A stretch of 64,000 nucleotides of DNA from the NCBI GenBank assembly GCA_964106915.2, contig OZ066914.1; one strand, written 5' to 3'. Position numbers and translations under genes: made by a program. The stretch is from Podarcis gaigeae. Lineage: Eukaryota. The notes under the pieces are model-generated. The model was not told the DNA's origin and made no database searches. It saw nothing but the letters and a program-made list of their open reading frames with translations. Positions 52,963 through 64,000 of the stretch are shown one piece after another. The number at the start of each line of letters is the position of its first letter. The stretch's first letter is position 1.

Positions 52963-53549
52963 TATTTAAACTTTTTAAAGGTGTACGGTAAGTAACCTGT
53001 GAGGGCATTCTGCAGTTTCCCAATCGGTCTTGTGATAATGAGGGGAATGAGCTGAAGCCTGGTGGAAGCAACTCCTTCGTCAGCGTGCCAGGGCAGCTGA
53101 AGAGTCGGACAAAACCACAGCCATATGTCTTTTCTCCTCATACCAGTTCATTGCTGAAGGACAAATTCTTGCATTGTAGGATTCTACCTAAACTGGCACA
53201 AACCTCATGTACATCTCAACTGAGGGGTTCTTTTCTCCCTTCTTTATTTGGCGTTCTCAGAAGGCAAGTGTCCCACTTTAAATAAGATAGTCCACTTATT
53301 TGAAGGAGTGATCACAGAAGCATTGTAGAAGGGACCAAAAGGGTCATCTAGCCCAACCCCCTGCAATGCCATTCATAAGAACCAAAAGCTGGGTCAAGGC
53401 AAGGTCAAGGAAAGAGGAAGCTAAGCAACACCAGATACAGGGTCGCAGTTTGAAGGCAGGGTGGGAATGTGAGCCTGATGTACACATAGAACAAAAACCA
53501 GAAATACAGCAAACAAAAGGGAAACTCTGCAGCGTTTACAAGGATGCTA

Positions 53550-53775
53550 CAGTGGTACCTCGTGTTACATACGCTTCAGGTTACATACTCCGCTAACCCA
53601 GAAATAGTGCTTCAGGTTAAGAACTTTGCTTCAGGATGAGAACAGAAATCGTGCTCCGGTGGCGCAGCGGCAGCAAGAGGCCCCATTAGCTAAAGTGGTG
53701 CTTCAGGTTAAGAACAGTTTCAGGTTAAGTACGGACCTCCAGAACGAATTAAGTACTTAACCTGAGGTACCACTG
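53550..53775. mobile_element. Tigger-like MITE, inverted relative to 52738 and 62797
   Basis: TA flanks and family TIRs. Confidence 0.88.
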
Positions 53776-53929
53776 TACTTCACATGAAATTCAAAATAGC
53801 CTCCAAGGACTATTTAAAATAAACTGTGGGTATATCCACTGCTTTTTTAAAAAAAATCTGTTTGTCCCCTCACCACCATAGCAATTTTCCTTTAATACTT
53901 CATTCACAATCTTGTTGCCTAAGAGGGAG

Positions 53930-53995
<66 letters not shown>

Positions 53996-54834
53996 GAATG
54001 ACTGAAAAAGGTCAAAGTCAAGTTTTAAGTTAAATAATCTTTATAGCTACAGCACTTTATTATAATCATTTATAGAAATGGCTGCTGTGCTACATTAATT
54101 CTCTAAAGTGCTACTAAAGTTCACAGATTTGCCTAGAGGGATGTGACTGGGCGGGGGGCACAAAAAACTCACAAACTCCGTAGAAGTGGGCCTAAAGAGC
54201 TAGAATTACTGCAGTACAACTAATCCAGAAAGTGGCAGCTAGACTAGTGACTGGGAGCGGCTGACAGGACCATATAACACCGGTCCTAACGGATCTGCAC
54301 TGGCTCCCAATATGTTTCTGAGCATAATTCAAAGTGTTGGTGCTGACCTTTAAAGCCCTAAACGGCCTCAGCCCAGTATACCTGAAGAAGCATCTCCACC
54401 CACATTGTTCAGTCCACACGTCGAGGGCTCTGGAAGAGGGAATATCACCAGGTGCTACTTTCAAGCTAAAATTCCCTGTTTTGCACAACTATTAAAGGTG
54501 TGGGAGCCCTGCTGCCTATGACATCTGGCCATCCTTTTATCAAGGCAAGACCAAAAATCCTGCCTTGAACAATTGACAGGAATTTCCAGGAAAGAAAAAA
54601 ATTAAAAAGTTGTACCTCTAATCATTCGTTTGGCAGGTTTCAAATTTGTGCTAACAGATTTCGCGAAATAGTGTTTTAACAAACAAAAAACCCCACAATT
54701 TGTTTTTACTCTAACACACTGCTCAACCCTATGCACACTGACTAAGAAGCAAGTCTCACTGGGTTCAATGGGAAGCACTCCCAGCTAAGCATAGGATAGT
54801 AGCAGATTTCTTTACCCTAACAAGCATAGCTTAC

Positions 54835-55068
54835 CTGTGGGCAGGTGAATGGTGATGTTGTTGCAGAAATCTGTATAGCAGCATTCTGTCTTGGTTATGT
54901 TCTTAGAACTGTGGCAGAAGATTTGTGCTTTCAGTTGTGGTAGGGAGACACACGCCTTTATTACTTCTTGTCTACCGTTTTTTGTTAGCATGACAGAAGC
55001 CCAGCATGCACCCTCAGTTTCACAGGTGAAGTTTGTTTTTTCACACAACTGGCACACGCATGTTAGAC
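54835..55068 (-). CDS. ACVR1C: ACVR1C exon 2 (extracellular cysteine-rich ligand-binding domain)
   Basis: [28 protein letters not shown]...[17 protein letters not shown] closely resembles the ALK7 ectodomain; ttttcag|GT acceptor, G|gtaagc donor; 234 nt. Signal-peptide exon 1 is not in the window. Confidence 0.97.
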
Positions 55069-55166
55069 CTGAAAAGATAATGAATCATTGGGTGAACACC
55101 ACCAAGTAAAACCAAGTTTGTGCTGGTTGAGTTGCACATGGAGAGGAGATAAAAGTTTAGTGTTCT

Positions 55167-55683
55167 AACCAGAAGCATTTTTGTTAGAGATTGTAGGACA
55201 AGACCTGCCAAGAAAAACAAAGAACTTATTTATGTATGCTACAACAGCGGCAAGAGTCTTGATAGCACAAGGATGGAAGAATGAGGAAATCCCAACGAAA
55301 GAACAGTGGCAAGAAAAATTGATGAGCTATGCAGAACTGGCCAAATTGACATACAAACTGCGGGACAAGGACAACTGTGACTTTAAGGAAGAATGGGAGC
55401 TTTTCACAAATTATCTAAAAAGACAACAAAATGAACTGGACTCCTTGGCAGGTTTTGAAAAACATACATAAATTTATTTGTTGATACATGATAGATAGAT
55501 AAGGATATGTACAATTTTATAACATGCAGAGAATAATATGTGCAGAGAAATCAGAGAGAGGAGGTGAGGGAAGTCTGGGGGGGGGGGAGGGATGGAAGGG
55601 GGAAAGGGGGGGAACTATGTCTGTGATTATACAGTTTGACAATTTGTTATGTTGAAATTGCTCAATAAAAATATTTTTTTAAA
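55167..55683 (+). mobile_element. L1 LINE 5'-truncated 3' end
   Basis: ORF 55181..55471 (LFMYATTAARVLIAQGWKNEEIPTKEQWQ) resembles a reptile L1 ORF2 C-terminus; G-rich 3'UTR, AATAAA, A tail; TSD AAAAGTTTAGT(G/A)TTCT. Confidence 0.85.
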
Positions 55684-56316
55684 AAAAGTTTAGTATTCTT
55701 TAAAAAATTGAAAAGTTCACAATCTTGATGAAAATCAGTTTTTGAGCTTTACTCAAAATTCTAAATGGTGTATCTTTATTCAAACACTGGCTTACTTCCA
55801 TTTTAAGACTCTTAAATGTGAACCCCATGCTACTTGCTCTGCGGTCCCAGTATGTGGCATGCATTGAAACACTTTGGGCTGGTTGAATTTAAAACAAACA
55901 TAGAAGGTTGCATTCAGACAGCACTTTATTCCATTTTTCTGATGTTTCCTTACCTGATCATTTCCATGTTTTGTGTGATCTTTCACATGACGTAAAAGCC
56001 ATTTCTTAAACACTAGCAGAAATGAGTGGAAGTTTAGTGCTCATTTCCCTGTTATTTGCTTACAGAAATAAATATGTATTTGCAACTTGGTTATGCCAGA
56101 AAATTACAGGGCTTTTGAACTGTAATGTCCTGTGATGGGACTGAGAGTGGTATTCTGGTACGCAGTTCTTTCTCACCATTTAGTGTGACATGGCAGTGTA
56201 ACGATAAAAAAGCCACAGTCCTGTAATGCAACAGGTAATGTTGTGTAAAAGGAGCATTAGAACCTGTGATGGAAGCACTAGTATTGTAATCAGGAAAACT
56301 ATTGCAACCACACTGA

Positions 56317-56576
56317 GAGCCAGTGTGGTGTAGTGGTTAAGAGCAGTAGTCTCGTAATCTGGGGAACCGGGTTCGCTTCCCTGCTCCTCCACATGCAGCT
56401 GCTGGGTGACCTTGGGCTAGTCGCACTTCTCTGAAGTCTCTCAGCCCCATTCACCTCACAGAGTGTTTGTTGTGGGGGAGGAAGGGAAAGGAGAATGTTA
56501 GCCGCTTTGAGACTCCTTAAAGGGAGTGAAAGGCGGGATATCAAATCCAAACTCCTCTTCTTCTTCTTCTTCTTCT
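56317..56576 (+). mobile_element. Squam3-like tRNA SINE with (CTT)n tail
   Basis: A and B boxes, family body, (CTT)n tail. Confidence 0.85.
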
Positions 56577-57516
56577 CCACGTCACAATGCACTCCAAGTT
56601 CATCGATTGCTTTACCATGGTTGTGCAGTCAGTTGCAGACTAAAGGATCATGCACTCCCACCGCTTCCTTTCTGGGGCACAAACGCTCCCAGATAGGCCT
56701 AACATAGTTAACCACTGAATCAGCAGTAATGTTCCCCATAGTAATGTTCAGTAATGTTCCCCATACAACCAAGGAAAGTACCCACTTAATCACAGACTTT
56801 AAAACCAGCCTAGTTTTTGTGCCTGTGGTTTTTTCCATGCATGAACTGTGTGCACTGTGTTGTTTGCTGAGCCCTGACTTTTGAATTTAGACTCCACAGG
56901 AGTATTAGTAACTAAGCAGATTTATTGACAAACTCTACACAGCTCCCCAGAAGGGTTCTTAACACAGCCCCATTGTAGCAGGATTTTGCCAAGCAAGTTG
57001 GGAGGGGGATATCTGCGTTGCCCCTAAGGGAACAGTGTAAAGCCAGTTCACTGTATTCCAGGGATGGGCAACCTCTGGCTTTCCAGATGTTGCTGGCCTC
57101 TCACCATCACTTGATCATTGGTCGTGTGGGCTGAAGCTGACGGGAGTTGGAGTCCAACAACATCTGAAAGGGCAGAAGCTGCATCAGAGTACAATGCACG
57201 AATGTTATTAAGCAGCTGCCAGACTATCATACATGGCTGGTGGGTTGCATTCCTCATGGTGGGTCAGATTGTACAGTCCTAGTCTAAAGCTGTGAGGAGG
57301 GTTGGCTTTCTTCAAAGCAGTTCAGACGGTGTCCCTTTAAAAAAGGAAAGGAAAACCTATACCCGCATCATCCCAATACTATATTATTTTGCTTTCAGGC
57401 ATCACTAAATTGACTCTACAAAGAGATGCTCTGTGCCAGCTTTACATCATGGGAAAGATATGCCTGGCTCATAAACTGAGGGTAACAGTACATTCCAGTG
57501 TAAGAAGGCAATCCTG

Positions 57517-57555
<39 letters not shown>

Positions 57556-58516
57556 TGTGATTCCTCACAAATAATTGCCCTCAGCCTCTCTAATTTACTG
57601 AATGGTCCCTACCCAGACAATCATAACATCAGTGCCAATAAACCTCATGGTGCAAAATGTTTTTCAGCATCTGTACCAAATACTTTATTCTTAGAATTAG
57701 AGTATTTTTGCATTATGCATCAAGCCAATACTTGAGTTATGATGCAGAACAGGCCTTTTAAATCTTGTTAAATACAAACACAAACACGCTTGCTTGATGA
57801 CTGCAGTTACACCTGCTGAGAATTGAATCTGTTTTCCATCAGTACAGTTCTAATAGTCCTTTGGGGAAAGGGTGTGTGTGTGTGTGTGTAGCTTGTTTAA
57901 CTGGGTCCTTTCAAGTTAAATTGAGGTATATTTTCAAAATTGCATTTTGCTCTGTGTGCGCTCTATATTTAAACCAAATCCTGTCTTCCTAAAAGCATAT
58001 AATTTTCCATAGCCTTTTAAAGTTATTCAGTGTGTTTTAGTGACTATTTGCCACTAAATATTTGCCTGAATGAAACTACCATTCATGAATTTGTTAGCTG
58101 TAATGAACAAATAAAATTACTCAGACCTTTTTGTTGTCAAGGTGAAGACAGAAAAGGAAAATGCTTATTTTGTATGGAACACAAATGCGGGTCTATAACA
58201 AGCTGTTGTTATGTGGAGTGCTTAAGGATTCCTGCTAGCCAGCCATGCCCTTTCCCAGGTACTGCATTGTCCCTTCTCTCATCTCAACTCCTGAATTATG
58301 CAACCACCCACTGACCATGCTCAGTCATTAGTGGCAAGTTTCTCTCTCAGAACACCCTTCCCCAAAAAGATGTTTCATACTTCAGCAAACTTTACTGTCC
58401 TTCTCTTTCACCCACCCTTCAACCATACATGCTGTAGAAGTGGGAACCCAGACAATCTAGCAAATGCATGTAGGGCAGGGCAGGCCCTGCTATCATGTTC
58501 CTGTTCTTCCCTATGC

Positions 58517-58612
58517 AAAACAAAAAAAAATCCTTCCAGTAGCACCTTAAAGACCAACTAAGTTAGTTCTTGGTATGAGCTTTCGTGTGCATGCACACTT
58601 CTTCAGATACAC
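58517..58612 (-). mobile_element. Penelope-like terminal-repeat fragment
   Basis: Same sequence family as 18151-18377 and ~42062-42115. Confidence 0.7.
58573..58610 (-). ncRNA. Minimal type-I hammerhead ribozyme motif, sense to ACVR1C intron 1
   Basis: Minus strand GUAU-CUGAAGA-A-GUGUG(CAUG)CACAC-GAAA-GC-UC-AUAC with palindromic AGCU in place of helix III. Confidence 0.7.
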
Positions 58613-59157
58613 ACGATCTGTAACTGTAACTTCCCTATGCACATTCCCTATGCACATTTCTGTATCTGTAACTTCCCTATGCACATTCACTAAAATATTC
58701 CTGCCCCCATCCCATTTTGGAACATCCGTTTTAAAAGCATTCTGTGGACAAGACCAACTGGGAACAATTGCTGAGATCACTAGGCTGTTTTGGCTTCTTG
58801 GAATAAAGAGTTAACTTCACCGACACAGTATTTTTATTATTATTGCTGATCTGCACCTGATTCTGACTTCTGACAGGTGAGCACACCTTCCTGTCACCTG
58901 TGTGACATGGTTGACAAGACACAAAAGCAATTTGAAAACCAAATTTGGTTGTCAGTCTTGTCCTTTATCCCATTCTCCCATCAGGCTATCCAGCTTTACT
59001 TTCATAAGCACCAAGCATACTTTCATTCAAACATTCTTCCATCACCTTTGTGGAGTGGGGGATAGTAGTGGTTCAAGATGCAAAACTGCTCTGGGGACTG
59101 ATCAAGGATTGGAAGAAGCTGTGTGTGTTGGCATATGAGAGCCAGTGTGGTGTATAT

Positions 59158-59400
59158 GAGAGCCAGTGTGGTGTAGTGGTTAAGAGCGGTAAACTCGTAA
59201 TCCTTGGAACTGGGTTCTTGTCTCCGCTCCTCCACATGCAGCTGCTGGGTGACCTTGGGCTAGTCACACTTCTCTGAAGTCTCTCAGCCCCACTCACCTC
59301 ACAGAGTGTTTGTTGTGGGGGAGGAAGGGAAAGGAGAATGTTGGCCGCTTTGAGACTCCTTCGGGTAGTGTAAAAGCGGGGTATCAAATCCAAATCCAAA
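59158..59400 (+). mobile_element. Squam3-like tRNA SINE with tandemly duplicated 5' junction
   Basis: Family match; ATATGAGAGCCAGTGTGGTGT occurs twice (59133-59174). Confidence 0.85.
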
Positions 59401-61019
59401 CCCTCACACCTAGGTAGAACAGTTTTCAACGGAGCCTATCCGAATGACCATCCACTTTGCAATCCAGCATTATCATTTACACAGATGAGCTGTGTATGCC
59501 TCTGCCTGAAAAGGCTAGACTATTACTTATAAAAGTCAGCAATGTGCCTTTTAATCTCCAAACTAAAAATGTGGTCTTAAATAAGAAGACATTTGCTAGT
59601 TTTTGCCCAGAAGGTCTACAGATAAGCTTAATGGGTTTTGAAAGGACATCTCATAGTAACTCGGCTCGTATCATATGCTTGTTTGCAGCATTTTTCTATA
59701 CCGTGATTTATTGGTTGGCAAAAGCACTTCTATTTTAGTCTCATCTCTCTCTCCATAAAACAACAATATTTTTCACATGCAAAATGACTCATGCCTATTC
59801 CCATATCATTTGCCATTCAACTTATCTCCTCTCCTCCAACATATGAGACTGAAATAGCTATTCATATTTTTCTATTCTGGCACCCAAAAGCCAGTTAGAT
59901 TGCAAAACATTACTGAACAGGTTACTGTGATCTTCCATTCATTAAACTGATTCTGAAGCTCCTTGTTTTTTATATATTGGGGAGAACAGTGTGTACAAGC
60001 CTGATTTCTATGGGGTCCAAACACCTATAGAATAGTGGACGCATTGTTAGGGTAAGAGTCCGAGGGAACTGTGAGGTTACTTTGGTAAATGAAGTGCATT
60101 TAAAGACTCTCGTGGTTTAATAATAACATAAAAAGCCTTATTGCAGATGTAGCTGGATCCTGTTAGGTGCATCCATTGATTGCACATTTGTATCCAAAAC
60201 TGAAAGAGAAAAACATTTTGCTTTGCTATCCGCATCGGATCTAAAGCAAAGAAAATATATTAACCAGAATTGGGCAGACGTGATTGTAGGCATGTTGAGC
60301 CTACCAACTTAAAAGACTGGGCAGGTCAAGTGACACTCTTGCAGTTGTTTTAAACTTCTGCAAGACTTTGGACCTCCTGAGGCATGAGCATATACTGCAA
60401 ACATTAAAGCAGATGGCTAGCAAAGTGTTCTGGTCTGGAAACAAAGGAGGTGAGACTATGTTAATCTAATCATGTTTATTCTGGCATGTGCCTCATATAG
60501 CTTCAAACCCTTGGACTTTTTTATTTTTCTTGCTTTACCAAAGTCAACTCAGGGGTCATATTAAACAGCAATAAATACAGAGCAGTGCTCTGTTTTGCTC
60601 TTTCTTCTTTTCAACCTTTCCTAGGCAATTTTCCCCACATTGAGACTGTCTCTCAGATATGTGCAGTGCATCAAAGGCCTGCTTTGGCATCAGTGCTCTT
60701 ACTTTCCACATCATCTTTTTCTTTATATTCTGAATTACACATGGCTAAACATGTAAGGAATCTGGATTTGCCACTGAATTTACCCTCAACAAGGGGTCAA
60801 GGCTTTAATGAAGATACGCTACAATATGTGGTACAGTAACTTCAAAACATCTGCATGTCATATTCACAGCTTATATTTTTAAAACATCATAGAAGTACTA
60901 TCTTTAAAATAAACACCACCCAGTAATGAGTGAAGTCGTCCATAGAGGCACATTATTACCAAAAGCAGCATATTCTGGCATCCAATTATGTTCAGGTATG
61001 TATACCCTTCTGCACTAAC

Positions 61020-61720
61020 GGGAGGTGATGAGAACACAAAAAGTTGCCAACATAAATGGCAATAAATGGGTGGGTGAAAAGAACCGAATTATGCCAGTGC
61101 TTCTCCAGCTTCACTGGCTGCCAGTCTGTTTGCAGCACCAATTCAAATTCTGAAGGACCACTTCTTCCCATACAGGCACCTTCCCCATTTACACGCATTC
61201 TATTTGCGAGTGACCACACACAGGTCTGGTGCTGGGTACCTGGAAATGGGGAGCACTCGGTCAACCAACCCCACTGTCCCTGCAACTCACATGAGCCAGA
61301 AAGGTAGTGGAACTGACACAGCTGACAGGTAGGGAAGCCTCTTCTCCAGGTGTCAGCTGGGCTGGTCAACCAAGCCTCACTGTGCCTCCAGCTCATAAGA
61401 AGACCCTGCCTAGAGCCCAAAGAGGTCCTTTGGATGGGTCTCCTCCCTAGCCATGAGGACTTTCCAGGGTGCTCCTCATTTACAGGCCCTGGACCGTAAC
61501 TCCCCCATAAATGGAAAGTCACCTGTATATCCCTATTGCAGTAGTAGCCAACCATCAGAGATGCAAGGTGCTGTATCCAAAATTCCTGGAGAGCACCATG
61601 TTGGCTATCACTGATGTACCTGGACCTGGAGGTCATCTTCAGAGGCTCTTCTTCAGGTGCCTCTGCCAAATAAGATGTGACAGGCAGCTACAGGAGAAAG
61701 GGCTTTTTCATTGGTAGTGC
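61020..61720 (+). mobile_element. Old, decayed L2-like LINE fragment
   Basis: LHWLPV-like motif (CTTCACTGGCTGCCAGT) and L2-like 3' region; heavily degenerate. Confidence 0.5.
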
Positions 61721-62796
61721 CCTGGTTTATGGGATGTCCAAGCCAAAAGAATGGCTTGTAAATGGGTTTGTTTACAGTCCAGAGAACATTAAATTATTAA
61801 TGAGCCGTGCAACTTACACCAGTTTTATTCCCAGAAATCCCATGGAATTTGTATCTCCCGGTATATAGTAAACTTGCAATTTATGTGAGGGTTACATTCC
61901 AGGGATGGTGCCTAAAGGCGAAATCATGTATAACAAAAACCCATCGGGTTAAATGGCAGGTGGGATTGCCCAAGCTATGTTTCCCAGAACATTACTCCCT
62001 TTCTGCCCCTTGAAAATAAACTTTTTTTGTCACGTGCACAAAGCTGAAGCATACAAGTTACACGCACGTAAACTGTGGGCTTACTGTAGATTGGTAACTG
62101 TACACTTTTATTCTTCTGTCATGAATGCTACATGATAGAAGTGCCATGTTCACTGATGTTGCTCATCACACCATCAAAATAAATACTGAGGTGCCAGTTA
62201 CAATATTCCCAGTTATGTAAGTGTATAAAATTACAAGACATAAAAACCAAGAATTATTCAAAAAGTAAGTTTGAAGCCCCTGTATTTGCACTCAACAATA
62301 AAAGTCAATGGACTCGTATTTTCTCGTACGATGCCTCCATATCATTACAACTTGGACTGAACCCATCCTACTTAATACCTTTTGACTGGTTATTCCCTTT
62401 TAAACCTAATTGACCTAGTTCTTGAATGTATACATTGATTATAATTAAATGCATTAAGCTCCTTAACATCCCCGAAAAAATAATAATGAAGACACATCAG
62501 CTACAAGCAGCTGTCAGCACTATATGGACAATAGACTGAGGAAAGTGGAGGGAATATGAATTATATCTTTGATTGGGGGGGGGGAGGAGAAGTTATATAT
62601 AATGGGAAATATTATGAATGAATAGATGTGAACCCCTGGTCTCTTGGAAGCAAAAAAAGAAAAAAGCTGGGGGAAAACAGACTTGGTATTCCAGTTGAAT
62701 TATGCAATTAACTATCTGGAGAACACATGCTTGTCACGTACATTTATGCGCAGGCTTGCTTTCTGGACTTTACATGGCACCTCAAATTTTAAAATA

Positions 62797-63022
62797 CAGT
62801 GGTACCTCAGGTTAAGTACTTAATTCGTTCCGGAGGTCCATTCTTAAACTGAAACTGTTCTTAACCTGAAGCACCACTTTAGCTAATGGGGCCTCCTGCT
62901 GCTGCCGCGCTGCAGGAGCACGATTTCTGTTCTCATCTTGAAGCAAAGTTCTTAAGCCGAGGTAATATTTCTGGGTTACCGGAGTCTGTAATCTGAAGCG
63001 TATGTAACCCGAGGTACCACTG
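62797..63022. mobile_element. Tigger-like MITE
   Basis: TA flanks and family TIRs. Confidence 0.88.
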
Positions 63023-64000
63023 TAATACAAATTTGAACACACAGAATAAAGCTAAGTGACCATGAGAAAAGGGTATTGTACAACCAGTGCTGATACTTTG
63101 AATGCACCTATCTCAGTGTAACCAGGGTGTTCTATAACCAGGGTTGGGGAACCTGTGGCCCTCCACAATTCCCATCATCTCTGGCCACTGGCCATGAGAG
63201 CTGATACAAGTTGTAGTTTAACAACATCTGGAGGGCCACATGTTCCCTATCTCTGCTCTAACCCCTCACACACATACATAGCAAACTGTATTCAAACCCC
63301 CAATTTTTTTTTACTGGAATTGTGTCTGCCTCAGACGCCTTGCATTAGAAGTTGCACACATCATAATTATTTATAATGGATTTTGCTCTTACTTCTACCA
63401 CTGTTGACACGCAAGCATCTACACTGCACAAACACTTTGGGTCATATAAACATTCATGCCATGCACCACAGTAATTAAACCTAGTACTTATCGTCTCTAT
63501 ACAATAGTGTGGAATCTGATATTAGGTTGAAAATATTCAGCATGTTTTGGCTATCAACTTTCAGTGTTTAAAAAAGGAAAATGAGGAGAGCCACACAGGT
63601 GTGAAGATAGGATTTCCAGAGTATGCAACATTTGGTGAAATTGCCAGAAGCTTATTTGCAACATAGCTTTGCAAAATAAGCAGATATTTGCAAATTTTCT
63701 GACTTTCCATAATCTATACAGATTATAGAATTCCACATTTTCAGCATAGAATGTGGGTTACCTTGGAACAAACATGTTCCATATATTTAGAACATATTAC
63801 ATCTAGCTCTGCTGCCAATATACACTAGAATTCCAAGTTCATGCAAATATGTTCTTATGGAAAAATCTTCTTGAGAGAACTCAGGTTTAGACATGGAAGC
63901 AATCGGGTCCACCTCACCACCTCTCCTGTTTTTTCCTGATTGCACCCCACTGCTCTTCATTTCATGCAAATTCCCCAAAGAGCTGAAGTGCCTCTTCTCT

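Noticed and set aside
60992-61669. Longest ORF in the track (225 aa, minus strand)
   Set aside because: No recognisable domain; antisense to a decayed L2-like fragment; no signal peptide, so not ACVR1C exon 1.
55069-64000. ACVR1C exon 1 and promoter
   Set aside because: No CpG-rich signal-peptide exon with a phase-1 donor was found; it presumably lies beyond the window.

Overview
Vertebrate genomic DNA, most likely a lacertid lizard (inferred from Sauria SINEs, Squam3-like SINEs, BovB and squamate-type hAT/Tigger MITEs). Two spliced protein-coding genes lie in tandem on the minus strand. ACVR1C/ALK7 is represented by coding exons 2-9 (55068 down to the stop at 25639); exon 1 lies beyond the right edge and a probable ~3.2 kb 3'UTR follows the stop. 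CYTIP is represented by coding exons 1-5 (6577 down to 149); the rest lies beyond the left edge. All 13 exons have GT/AG boundaries and consistent phases, and the gene order matches the human CYTIP-ACVR1C arrangement. The remainder is intron or intergenic DNA dense in transposon relics and microsatellites. There is no prokaryotic-type system and no CRISPR array, and I found no clearly novel protein-coding system. The most interesting signals are non-coding: (1) Penelope-derived minimal hammerhead ribozyme motifs, one with an intact core in sense orientation in ACVR1C intron 1; (2) oppositely oriented Sauria SINEs bracketing the in-frame transmembrane exon of ACVR1C; (3) a full-length 5S rRNA copy fused directly to a tRNA-SINE; (4) a TSD-bounded BovB derivative consisting only of the 5' and 3' ends; (5) hAT MITEs sharing one hairpin core but carrying different ends; (6) a GD-to-GY change in the CYTIP PDZ domain. 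Homology calls are from recall of known sequences, not from database searches.
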